From NCBI GenBank assembly GCA_963665115.1, contig OY762007.1:2240001-2304000 (forward strand): 64,000 nt of DNA, read 5' to 3'. Below, one piece after another: positions 22,901-31,503 of the stretch. The notes under the pieces were generated by a model. The model had not been told where the DNA came from, made no database searches, and was given only the letters and a program-made list of their open reading frames with translations. A program made the position numbers and the translations under genes. Position 1 is the first letter of the stretch, and every line of letters begins with the position of its first letter. This DNA comes from an uncultured Rivularia sp. Its GTDB lineage: Bacteria; Cyanobacteriota; Cyanobacteriia; Cyanobacteriales; Nostocaceae.

Positions 22901-23505
22901 TCCAAAGTGTCAGGTAAATCAATTTCTTGTTGAAGAGAAAGAAACTTAACAATATCTGCAATTATTTTTTCCGGTGTTGGAGCTTCTCGCAAACTCCGCC
23001 AAATAATATAGTCAAACTCCCCACTTACCTCTTGAGCTAACTTTACCGTCAAAGCAGTTTTACCCACACCACCCATCGCCAAAATTGCTACCAAACGGCA
23101 TTTATCGTTAATTAACCATTGTTTTAGCCTAGTTAATTCTACCCTTCTATCGTAGAAAATTGATACATCAGGAGCAGCATTCCAATCATGCTTTGTCGGT
23201 GATGATTTATCTTTATTATTCGCGCTTTTAACTTCATTCTGAGTTTCAACAACCTCTTCCCAATTTAGTTGTAAGATTTGGCAGAAAGCCTTGAAATTAG
23301 GAGATTTAACAGGTGTACCCCATAGAAAACGCTTCCAAGTACCGATAGAAACCGCGACTACTGGATATTGCCAACTTTTGTTGCCCGGTTCGAGGATATG
23401 ACTCGCTTCTTCTAGCCACGTTGGGTTATCAATGGCTGATCCTCTTTTCTCCCGCGCTTCCTTGATTTTTTTCAGCCCCTCTGGTGATGCTTTTAAGCTC
23501 CGCAT
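19939..23505 (-). CDS. STAND NTPase: N-terminal HTH-like domain, NB-ARC and WD40 repeats (NLR-like)
   Basis: Walker A AMGGVGKT, Walker B LLILDNAE, GNPLAL; about 14 GH...WD repeats; N-terminal ASPEGLKKI...TWKRF...FCQILQLNWEE. Confidence 0.92.
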   Translation of the reverse strand: MRSLKASPEGLKKIKEAREKRGSAIDNPTWLEEASHILEPGNKSWQYPVVAVSIGTWKRFLWGTPVKSPNFKAFCQILQLNWEEVVETQNEVKSANNKDKSSPTKHDWNAAPDVSIFYDRRVELTRLKQWLINDKCRLVAILAMGGVGKTALTVKLAQEVSGEFDYIIWRSLREAPTPEKIIADIVKFLSLQQEIDLPDTLEEKITRLIDYLRASRCLLILDNAESILQSGSSSGNYREEYSGYGELFRRIGESQHQSCLILTSREQFKEVRRLAGETLPVRVWELKGLEKAAEILTARGISGSTEDIEELVKRYHGNPLALQIVPETIIKLFHGDIKAFLNTGIIVFDDIHDLLTQQFERLSELEKGLMYWLAINRQAVSENDLAEDILGLSPRQIREGLDSLLRRCLIQSTNLGLTLQNVVMEYITEVFITKIIHELDSCELDLLRTHAIIKASAPDYLRENQKRVLLEPVAESLCKNQTKRVLEQKFRIIVEKLREQELQAPVGYAGGNLINLLIQLQVNLAGYDFSRLPISQAYLQGVELPQVNFSDCSFDKTVFSQSLSSIFSVTFSPDQKLLATGGMDGQIRFWNVADGSQILAWQAHGDWIRCVAFSPDGNLIASCGNDHTVKIWDSQTAKCLKILRGHTDWVWSVYFIWDKRLVVSASSDRTVKVWSLDSGVCIYTFHEPDREVWGFSFSNDGQTLATSGADSIRLWNVWTNECLKTFDDNSTGVRKLAFSPDSKSLVGSTDNQCLKTWDVNTGKCLRSVKTAPTAIWAIKFSPNGETIISCGTDKIQLWNLANGEPQMTLHEPHHRIRSLAYSADKKIIAVGSDDQLVRLWDTQTGEPIKTFQGYSNRIWTVAVSPVYQQNTIYLASGSDDGKIRLWNAETGELLKTLSGHQGRIRHVTFSSDGELIASASHDRTIKIWDVNTGKCLKTLRAHTDWIWSIIFIQNNHTLISASDDRTVLIWDTCTNKSQVLGNLETEWMWAIASHPQAEILATAGTSQSINLWDIHKKVCLTSLKGHTHRIRAITFNNSGKLIASSSDDFNIKLWEVETQNCLQTFSGHQAQIRALTFIPQSSTQPEILISASDDRTIRFWDICTGNCLKILTGHQHSIWSICYSHQLNILFSCSEDETIKLWDINTVKCIKTLIIPKPYQKMNIQGANGLTAATKETLHILGAVSDIA

Positions 23506-23670
23506 GACTAGGTAATTAGATGAGTGTTGTCAAGTACATTTACGGAACACTACAAGGGGAGGGGTAAGTGATCCGGAATTGTGCTGAAAGTGTGCTGGTT
23601 TTTCTCAGTGGATTTATGGAAGATGGGGATGTGAAGGGTTACAAGAGTGAAAAATGCTGGAGGATTAAAT

Positions 23671-23868
23671 ATGAAACTGAAACTGGGATATTTGGTGTTG
23701 AGTGGTGTGATTTTTACTGCTGCTGTATCTCATACTCAAGCAGCGAATGCATCATCATATCGAGCAGCTCGTGCTATAGGTAATTTTCTTTCAAATCCAA
23801 CTGTTATCACTGCCTTAATAGCATTAATTGCGGTTGTGCTACTAATTGCAAAATACGCTATAAAATAG
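23671..23868 (+). CDS. Small membrane/secreted protein (65 aa)
   Basis: GGAGG RBS; signal peptide ending AQA; C-terminal TM helix. Confidence 0.6.
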   Translation: MKLKLGYLVLSGVIFTAAVSHTQAANASSYRAARAIGNFLSNPTVITALIALIAVVLLIAKYAIK

Positions 23869-23974
23869 CAGCAAGTAGTTACTTTTAAATTCAATATTGG
23901 ATTTATAAAATGGATACTCAATGCTTATACTAATATTTTTTACTATTAACTAAATGAAAGTATTACTTACTCTC

Positions 23975-24065
23975 ATGACTTACGCACCAATATCATTTTT
24001 ATGTCATTATTCGTTGTGTTAAGTAGTCGTAAAGCTTTATTTTTCATTGCGAGTATGTAAGTCAT
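23975..24065. mobile_element. Degenerate MITE-like element related to 12397-12487
   Basis: ATGACTTACGCAC ... GTATGTAAGTCAT imperfect TIRs; also 91 bp. Confidence 0.5.
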
Positions 24066-24144
24066 AACTTTATATTTCAGAAACAAATAATGATAATAAA
24101 GTATTTTATCAAACAAACTAACATTATTCCTCAAGGAGTTAACA

Positions 24145-24312
24145 ATGGAAGGATTAGGACTTGTTTTTGGATTGATTTTATTAGTAAGTATAGCTACAGT
24201 TACAATGAAAATTGCTCAAGAAAAAGGACGTAGTTCTACACTCTGGTTTATTTTAGGAATTGCATTTGGATTTTTAGCTTTAATTGTCGTTTCATTTTTA
24301 CCTCATATATAA
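24145..24312 (+). CDS. Small two-TM membrane protein (55 aa; not in ORF track)
   Basis: AAGGAG RBS; MEGLGLVFGLILLVSIATVTMKIAQEKGRSSTLWFILGIAFGFLALIVVSFLPHI with IAxxKGRSxxxWF motif. Confidence 0.75.
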   Translation: MEGLGLVFGLILLVSIATVTMKIAQEKGRSSTLWFILGIAFGFLALIVVSFLPHI

Positions 24313-24429
24313 AATAGTTTTATCCTTTATAAACTGGATAAATCAAAGGAGTATAGGATAAATATCATTTATCTTCAAATGTATTAGGTTTAATTGAAAA
24401 ATGTAACAAATTGTTTATCTGGGGAAAAT

Positions 24430-24909
24430 ATGTACGATTCAAAAATTAACGAAATAGAAAAAATGATTGATAAAATTGATAAATTGCAAGGTCAAGCTGA
24501 TAGTTTAAGATCGGAGGTATGTGATTTCAATGATTTTTGGGGATCTGCGGATAGGCTTGCAAATCAAATTAAAACTATTAATAGTGGCACAAAAAATATG
24601 GCACATTGTTTAAAAGAGTTAAAAAAAGAATTAGAAAATTTGTCACCTATATTTAATGATAAGGAATCACAACAAATTGCAAATAAATGGGTATATGTTG
24701 TAGCTAAACTAAAACGTTTAACAGAAACTGTAAATAATGCACAATATGAATTGGTTGATAGAAACTTTTGGGCTTGGGCTTCTTCTTTACTTGAAAATTT
24801 GGGAAATTTACTTAGACAAGTGATAGATGACGTAAAAGAAATAGCAGTGCGAGGAACAAAGAAATTAATCACTGAAGGCAAAATATTATTTCTTCCAGGA
24901 ATAGATTAA
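24430..24909 (+). CDS. Hypothetical coiled-coil protein
   Basis: ATG at 24430 within the ORF; helical heptad pattern. Confidence 0.6.
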   Translation: MYDSKINEIEKMIDKIDKLQGQADSLRSEVCDFNDFWGSADRLANQIKTINSGTKNMAHCLKELKKELENLSPIFNDKESQQIANKWVYVVAKLKRLTETVNNAQYELVDRNFWAWASSLLENLGNLLRQVIDDVKEIAVRGTKKLITEGKILFLPGID

Positions 24910-24957
24910 ACATCTAATTAGTAAAACTAAACATAATCCAAAAATAAGGCTGATGTT

Positions 24958-25401
24958 ATGAGCAAAAATATAGCTTTAGAAAAATTAATGACAAAATCTA
25001 CAAATAGCTTAAGAGTTTTAGAAGAAGAAATAGAATCATATGATGATATTGATTTAAGACATATACTTTTTTTATTAATTAATAAGTTAGTGTGTTCCGG
25101 TCAACACGATGAAGATAACACAAGAATAAAGCAAATATACAGAGAATTAGAGCGTATTCGTTCACAAATAAAAGCAGCTATCGATACTTATTCCAGAGAA
25201 CTTAAAAAAGATGATAACAATAATAAAGATACATTAGGATATATATCACAAATGATGCAAGTACTACGAAAGGTTTCAGTTATCGAAGAAAAATTAAATC
25301 GTAAAGACATTGAGAATATCATTAACAATCATAGTAGTAGTAAAAGTCGTCATCAAAAAGATAATGATATAAATTGGGATGACTTAGATTTAAATCTGTA
25401 G
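24958..25401 (+). CDS. Hypothetical helical protein
   Basis: 147-aa ORF in very AT-rich DNA; acidic tail INWDDLDLNL. Confidence 0.6.
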   Translation: MSKNIALEKLMTKSTNSLRVLEEEIESYDDIDLRHILFLLINKLVCSGQHDEDNTRIKQIYRELERIRSQIKAAIDTYSRELKKDDNNNKDTLGYISQMMQVLRKVSVIEEKLNRKDIENIINNHSSSKSRHQKDNDINWDDLDLNL

Positions 25402-25467
25402 TTTATTCTTATAACAATCAAAAATATGTAAAATTATCTCTTAATTGTTATTCCAAAAAATCCAAAA

Positions 25468-26667
25468 ATGCCTTCCAACGAAAACAACAACACCACCTTA
25501 TCCATCGCAGCATTAGCCGCAGCAGCAACCGGGATTTGGTCAATTTTCAACAACTCAAATAAATCAAACAACAACTATAAGCAGACAGAAGTGGATGCTT
25601 TATTTAACCAAGCGCTTGCCTTAATTCAACAAGGAAACTATCATCAAGCAACCCAGATATTCCTTCAAATTTTAGAAACAAATCCTCAGCACGCACCAAC
25701 CTATAACTACCTAGCTTGGATTTATGCAATTCATAACTATGAACTCGAACAAGCACTTGCATTTGCAAATAATGCGGTTCAACTAGCAAGCAGTCACGTT
25801 GATAAAGCTTGTTTTATTGATACTCTTGCAGAAGTTTATGCCCGTAAACAACAATTAGATACAGCAATAGCATTATCTTTAGATTGCTTAAAAATATTTC
25901 AAGGTATTAATAAATATCCTAATAATCCAACAACTTATTTTCGTTTGGCTTGGTGCTATCAAATTAAACAGGATTTTAATCAAGCCTACTATTTTATCCA
26001 GCAAATTCTACAATTTAACAGTATAGGAGCAAACGAACACCTAACGATAGGGGATATTTGTTACGCAATCGCCTTTTGTACTAGCAGTCAGGGAATGTAT
26101 CACGATTCCTTATCCCATTTTGATAACGCTATCCAACATTATCAAATATCCCTCAACATTGCCCAAAGCCAAAACTTTAGTATTGACTTATTCAGATTAA
26201 AGCTAAGTTGTTGTCTGAATGATAAAGCAAGAATTTTTTTTGTTCTAGAAGATTACCAAAGTAGTCAGAATTTATATCTCCAATCACATAATGTTTATAA
26301 TTTAAATCCTTATCCTTTAGTTAATTTGGCTCTTTTAGCTGCACGAGCTAAAAATAAACAGCAAATGCTTTTTTGGGTAGGAAAAACAATGCCTTTGATT
26401 GTAGATATGCCTCCCTACGTGCAGAAAGAAAAGTTAGTATATATTCTACTTACAGATATAGATTTTGATGATTATAAAGAGGATATTTTAGGATTACTTT
26501 TCAACCACGGCAAAATCAACCAATACGAATATGCACAATTTATAAAAAAAGCAATTAAGTCAAATCAGCCAATTATGAATTTTTCACAACAGAACTTTTA
26601 TGCAGATGTTACTGGTGTGGCTGGTAATGTTGAGGGAAATTTCATGTATCAACCTCAATGTGCATAA
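25468..26667 (+). CDS. TPR protein with N-terminal hydrophobic segment and C-terminal GVAGNVEGNF motif
   Basis: TPR helices (LFNQALALIQQGNY, NYLAWIYA, IDTLAEVY); low-complexity N/Q/G/V tail. Confidence 0.8.
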   Translation: MPSNENNNTTLSIAALAAAATGIWSIFNNSNKSNNNYKQTEVDALFNQALALIQQGNYHQATQIFLQILETNPQHAPTYNYLAWIYAIHNYELEQALAFANNAVQLASSHVDKACFIDTLAEVYARKQQLDTAIALSLDCLKIFQGINKYPNNPTTYFRLAWCYQIKQDFNQAYYFIQQILQFNSIGANEHLTIGDICYAIAFCTSSQGMYHDSLSHFDNAIQHYQISLNIAQSQNFSIDLFRLKLSCCLNDKARIFFVLEDYQSSQNLYLQSHNVYNLNPYPLVNLALLAARAKNKQQMLFWVGKTMPLIVDMPPYVQKEKLVYILLTDIDFDDYKEDILGLLFNHGKINQYEYAQFIKKAIKSNQPIMNFSQQNFYADVTGVAGNVEGNFMYQPQCA

Positions 26668-26703
26668 ACAAAACTCATAAATTAATCATAAGGAGATAAT
26701 TTT

Positions 26704-27063
26704 ATGTCAGATAATTCTAAAGTTCAAATGAATATGCATCAAGCAACTATTTCAGGTGGTGTTGCTGGTAATGTTGAAGGTGATTTTAATGTTAATCAAC
26801 AGCAAAATTTATCCGAAGCAGCAGCAGAAATCCAACAATTACTCAATCAACTATCTCAAACCTACCCGACAAACACAACTTCTGAAAAAATGGAAGTAGC
26901 AACAACAGCTATCCAACGTATCGAGAATAATTCTAATCTTCGTCAACGGGTACTCAACGCTTTAAAAACAGGAGGAATTCAAGCGTTAGGCCAAATGCTG
27001 AATCACCCGGCATCAACTTTTGTAATTGCAGCTTTGGATGATTGGCAGAAAAGCCAAAATTGA
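26704..27063 (+). CDS. Small protein: N-terminal GVAGNVEGDF motif plus helical 'NLSEAAAEIQQLLNQL' domain
   Basis: AAGGAG RBS at 26690-26695; the helical domain resembles a common C-terminal module of cyanobacterial repeat proteins. Confidence 0.8.
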   Translation: MSDNSKVQMNMHQATISGGVAGNVEGDFNVNQQQNLSEAAAEIQQLLNQLSQTYPTNTTSEKMEVATTAIQRIENNSNLRQRVLNALKTGGIQALGQMLNHPASTFVIAALDDWQKSQN

Positions 27064-27068
27064 TTAAC

Positions 27069-27176
27069 TTACTTTTCATCTGCGTTGTTTACTAGCGTAG
27101 GTATCGCTTCCAACCAAGCATCCAAATCGGACATCCCTTGAAAATCAAGCAAAGCTTCCCCCAAATTTTCCAACTG
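27069..27176 (-). pseudogene. DUF4351-like C-terminal remnant
   Basis: QLENLGEALLDFQGMSDLDAWL...-stop, preceded directly by an in-frame TAA; no start codon. Confidence 0.7.
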
Positions 27177-27283
27177 TTAGCCTTGAAATTGATTTCGAGG
27201 CGGGAAATAGGGCTTAACGATAATGCTGCAAGATATCAGTTAAGAGACTTTTAGCATTACTTTTCAAAGTCGGCAATTTATAT

Positions 27284-27865
27284 TCAATTCTTCTCTCCCA
27301 CATCAAACTGAACTCGTCGATAAAGTTTCTCTACCGAAATCGAAATTCCCACGCTTTCCAAATTCAAAGTATCACCTTCCCCGTAGGTATGTAAAACCCA
27401 TAAACCTTTATCATTCCGACGAAAGCATTCCACAGCAATTTCATCGGATGCAATTAAAACGTATTCTTTTAAAGTGCTTGATTGACGATAGCGAGTGAAT
27501 TTTTTACCTCTATCGAAAGCTTCTGTTGATGGGGAAAGCACTTCGACAATTAAACAAGGATGACGGATCATGTCAATCCGTCCTTTATCTCTCTCATCAC
27601 AAGTTACTACTACATCGGGATAATGATATGGTCCTGCTTCTGATACTTGTACTTTCACATCAGAGATATAAAATTCACAACCCTTTTCGGCTAAAAAATT
27701 ATCTAACTCACTACCTAAGTTAAAAGCAATACGGCTATGGGGTTTTGTTCCCCCAGTCATTGCGAATACTTCACCGTCAATATATTCATAACGGAGTTCT
27801 TGAGTTTTTTCCCATTCCAGGTATTCCTGGGGACTCATGTATTGAAATTGAGGATTAGCAACCAT
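27284..27865 (-). CDS. Uma2 family endonuclease
   Basis: EYIDGEVFAMTGGTKPH, YPDVVV, IVEVLSPST and DRGKKF motifs. Confidence 0.92.
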   Translation of the reverse strand: MVANPQFQYMSPQEYLEWEKTQELRYEYIDGEVFAMTGGTKPHSRIAFNLGSELDNFLAEKGCEFYISDVKVQVSEAGPYHYPDVVVTCDERDKGRIDMIRHPCLIVEVLSPSTEAFDRGKKFTRYRQSSTLKEYVLIASDEIAVECFRRNDKGLWVLHTYGEGDTLNLESVGISISVEKLYRRVQFDVGEKN

Positions 27866-27951
27866 TGGTTATTTCCAAGTGATGGTATGACTTAATTCCA
27901 TTTTACCAACTACCAATTACCTATTACCCATTACCAATTATCAATTATTAC

Positions 27952-29571
27952 CTATCTACTAATCAAACAAGCTTCTTCTAATTCAACTAATAAATCTTTT
28001 TCAATTGGTTTAGTAGAAAAGATATCGTGTTTTAAATCTCCCCATTTTTTACCAGAACTAGTTTTGTGTAAACTAATAATTTCAGGGATTTGTGAAGACA
28101 CCATGACTCGCACGGATTGCAGTTGTTCTAATAGTCTTGCTTTACGATAGTGGTGCGATTTTTGTAATCCCTCTTCTAACTGTGATGCGATTTCTTGGGG
28201 ATTATGTTTCGCGTTATCAAGTAATAATAGATAATGCTCTTGGGGATGTTTTACGGGTACTAAAGTTTTAAAACAGCTTTCTTCTAAGGGTAAACTTTTT
28301 AAGACATCGCGAACAAAATCTGAATGTAATTTTTCACCAACTAAATCACTTACTTCTTTTTGTCTTCCGATAAATTCCAAACAAGGTGTATTTAGGTATG
28401 AATGGGTAAAACGTACTCTATCTCCGATACGATAGCGATAGAATCCACCTTTTTGAGAAATAATCATTTCATAGGTGTTTCCCTGTTTTAATTGGTGTAG
28501 CTGAAAAACAAACCCGCTTTCATCTATAAATTCAAAAAACACTTCATTTAGTACGGGTACGCATCCTTTTGCAGGAATTAAAGGAATAGTCATTGGTGCT
28601 TCTGTAGCGAGAAGTCCTTTTCCTTGTACCAAAACATTAGGAAATAAAGAACGTAAAAAATCAGCACCATCAGCAGCATTGGCGCTATCCCAACAAGATA
28701 TTAGTTTAAGTTCGCTCCATAACAAATGCCAAGGAATTTTATCGCAATAAATTTTCTGGAATAGCTGATTTAATTTAGGATTTGTAGAGATTTGTTTGAA
28801 TAAATGAGGTTGCAACAGCATTAAACGACGTTTTGCTGACATCTTTTCTTTCAATTCTAAAGCTAATTGTTTGCGATTATTTTGAATATAATCAAGGATA
28901 ACTTTGAGAAAAGTTGGACTCCAGATCGATATTATTTCTAATTTTTCTGATTTTAAAAGCGTTTTAGCCAATTCATGTTTAAATTTTTCTGCATCGCGCA
29001 ATTTGTTTAATCCAGGCGGAGAAACTAGAAAATTATTCATCAAAAACTTCAACCAACCATCTAAATATTCTGAATCATCTTGTAAGGATTGAAAGTTGGA
29101 ATTATTTTTGAATTGTTCTTGCTGATTTTCTCCTAATTGCGGGGAAATACAAAAATATATTTTTCCAGTGTTAAATTTGGGGCCGTGTTTAATCAGATCG
29201 TACGCCCATATACAGAACATTTCATTGAAAGAGCGCCGCAAAGATTTAGTATAGGGAATTAATTTGGCTGAGCCACGACTTCCAGAAGTTTTTTCGTAAA
29301 AGCTAACTTTTTCCGCTGTAAGTAGCTGAGTTTTATCTTGCTGCTGTATATGAATCCAATTCTCAATATTATGGTATTCGATTATAGGAATGCGATGCCA
29401 ATCATCAATCGTTTTTACACGCAAATATCTTCCATAGTCGCTTTTAATCAAGCTTTTTAATATTTGATTCTGGACTTTTTCCTGTGCAGCTTGGGGATTT
29501 TCTAAAGCCCGATAAAAATTATGGCTTGTGGATTCGATTAGTTTACTAAAAAGTTTGATGAGTAAGTTCAT
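27952..29571 (-). CDS. GH3-family acyl acid-amido synthetase (adenylating ligase)
   Basis: TSGSRGSAKLIP, GLLATEAP, YRYRIGD and GEKL motifs. Confidence 0.85.
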   Translation of the reverse strand: MNLLIKLFSKLIESTSHNFYRALENPQAAQEKVQNQILKSLIKSDYGRYLRVKTIDDWHRIPIIEYHNIENWIHIQQQDKTQLLTAEKVSFYEKTSGSRGSAKLIPYTKSLRRSFNEMFCIWAYDLIKHGPKFNTGKIYFCISPQLGENQQEQFKNNSNFQSLQDDSEYLDGWLKFLMNNFLVSPPGLNKLRDAEKFKHELAKTLLKSEKLEIISIWSPTFLKVILDYIQNNRKQLALELKEKMSAKRRLMLLQPHLFKQISTNPKLNQLFQKIYCDKIPWHLLWSELKLISCWDSANAADGADFLRSLFPNVLVQGKGLLATEAPMTIPLIPAKGCVPVLNEVFFEFIDESGFVFQLHQLKQGNTYEMIISQKGGFYRYRIGDRVRFTHSYLNTPCLEFIGRQKEVSDLVGEKLHSDFVRDVLKSLPLEESCFKTLVPVKHPQEHYLLLLDNAKHNPQEIASQLEEGLQKSHHYRKARLLEQLQSVRVMVSSQIPEIISLHKTSSGKKWGDLKHDIFSTKPIEKDLLVELEEACLISR

Positions 29572-29658
29572 AGTAGGATAACGAGATTAAAATCTGTATT
29601 TATAAATGGATGAAAAAAACTACTTCCCGCAATATTCTAAGCTAAAGCCTGTATTCAA

Positions 29659-30318
29659 TTACGATAAAATTAGCGGATTTACTAATTGATTATTATCCTG
29701 CTGACAATCTTTTTCGATCACCGTATTTGGATACAAACAGCTATTTGCAGGAATAAAAGTTTGGTCTTTCACAATTACACCGGGAGTAAGTTTAGAACCC
29801 GCTCCGATAAAAACATCGCTACCAATTTTTACTTTTTTTACATACAGCATCAAATCTTGTTTTTTCGGTTTAACAACGTGGGGAAAAATACCGCAGCTTT
29901 GCCCAAAAAGTACGCGATCGCCAATTTCAATTAAGGAACGATCGCCAATTTCTAGTGTGGGAGTCCAGTATACATTTTTACCAACTTTTGCTCCCCACAA
30001 TCGCAACCACAGCGAAAATGCACCAGGAATCAGACGCAATGCCGATTCTAGAAAGCTAAAAGTGACATATATTAACTGTATTTGGTGACTTCCCCACCAA
30101 GGAGAATATTCTTTCCCCCCTAGATAACTAATTCCTTCTTCAATCTGGTAAAAATAGTCATGTATTTTATGGATTAATAATGGCAATCCATAGAAGGAAA
30201 ACAATAAACTGGCAACGCTTAAAATTCCAGGTGAATAACAAACCCATAAGAAAGAGGTAAATCCTAGAAGCATCACAGCAGCAGGAAAAAAGGAAAGTAT
30301 AGTGCTTGTTATAGTCAT
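29659..30318 (-). CDS. Membrane-anchored left-handed beta-helix acyltransferase
   Basis: Two N-terminal TM segments; LWGAKVGKNV, IEIGDRV and KIGSDVFIGAGS hexapeptide repeats. Confidence 0.8.
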   Translation of the reverse strand: MTITSTILSFFPAAVMLLGFTSFLWVCYSPGILSVASLLFSFYGLPLLIHKIHDYFYQIEEGISYLGGKEYSPWWGSHQIQLIYVTFSFLESALRLIPGAFSLWLRLWGAKVGKNVYWTPTLEIGDRSLIEIGDRVLFGQSCGIFPHVVKPKKQDLMLYVKKVKIGSDVFIGAGSKLTPGVIVKDQTFIPANSCLYPNTVIEKDCQQDNNQLVNPLILS

Positions 30319-30654
30319 GGGTTTAAATATATCGATCGTGAAATTGTGTATGCTGACATCATTTTGTTCCTAATTTGGATTTCAAGTAAATTTTGAGCTT
30401 TAACATCCGCAACATTTGAAAGGCGATGTAGTTTAGTAATTTCCACGATATCCAGTTTATTAAGCACTAGTACCAATTGCTTTTAAAACACGTATAAATC
30501 CGGATGTAAGTATCTCAATCTACAATCTCTTTAAATTTTATGCCTGTAATATGAAGTAAAAAGAGTACAACTAGCAGTAGTTGAGATGATGTGTTATTAC
30601 GCAAGTATTTGGATATTCATCGCAATTTTATATTCTCTATACTATCTATACTAC

Positions 30655-31380
30655 TCAAAATGGCAAGAATAATTTTTTCGTCAAAGATAGATAATTATTA
30701 ATACCTAATGAATCTGGAAGATTATCGGATTGATAGTAAGTTCCATGTATTTTATCCCAAAGCTTCAAATTTGCACCGTAGTTTCCCCGATCGCAATTGC
30801 TGGAATGATGCCAAGCATGATCTTGAGGTAAAATTAACCACGGTGATAAACAATAATATAACCATGAATTTACTTTTGGCGTAAAGTTACTGTGTCGCCA
30901 TAAATCCAAAGCCGAACTTAAACTGATGCCTAAAATATACCAGTAAGGTTCTTGCAGCAAATACAGGAATAAAGAGTGAATCCATAGATAAACAATAAAG
31001 AAGCTTGTCCATAAAGTATTACGGGAAGTTCCTAACACGTCCATTTCTGTGACAGTGTGATGCACTTGATGCATAAACCATAGTTTTCGAGTGTGAAATA
31101 GACGATGATTCCAGTAATAGAGATAATCTACAAATACAAAACTTAGCGAGAAAGCAGCGATAGGATAAAGATTTATTGAAGCACGAGTATGTGGTAGCAG
31201 CAACTGGTAAAGTTGAAAAACTACAGTAATTTGTAAAAATGGGATTGCAATTCCCTGAAAAAATAAGCCAATACCGTCTAATAACCAATCCTCACGACTC
31301 TTTTTTCGCCATAGAAAGGGTTGTTTGCTATTTGTAACGGTTAATGCTAGAAGAATTACGAAGGTAAAGAAAACTAACAT
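30655..31380 (-). CDS. Sterol desaturase / fatty acid hydroxylase family diiron enzyme
   Basis: His boxes HRLFH, HQVHH and HAWHH; GNYG...WDKIHGT. Confidence 0.9.
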   Translation of the reverse strand: MLVFFTFVILLALTVTNSKQPFLWRKKSREDWLLDGIGLFFQGIAIPFLQITVVFQLYQLLLPHTRASINLYPIAAFSLSFVFVDYLYYWNHRLFHTRKLWFMHQVHHTVTEMDVLGTSRNTLWTSFFIVYLWIHSLFLYLLQEPYWYILGISLSSALDLWRHSNFTPKVNSWLYYCLSPWLILPQDHAWHHSSNCDRGNYGANLKLWDKIHGTYYQSDNLPDSLGINNYLSLTKKLFLPF

Positions 31381-31503
31381 ATTGATAAATCAGTTGTAAT
31401 TTATACGATTTCAGGATTATATAATCGCTATACTTTAACTCAGGTTCTACCTGGGAATTTTTTGGAAGTGGCTGAGCCACTTCTTTTTTTGTTTGTACTT
31501 TAC

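Noticed and set aside
24430..24909. WXG100/ESAT-6-like assignment for the coiled-coil protein
   Set aside because: The sequence has FWGS rather than a central WxG, and the protein is too long.
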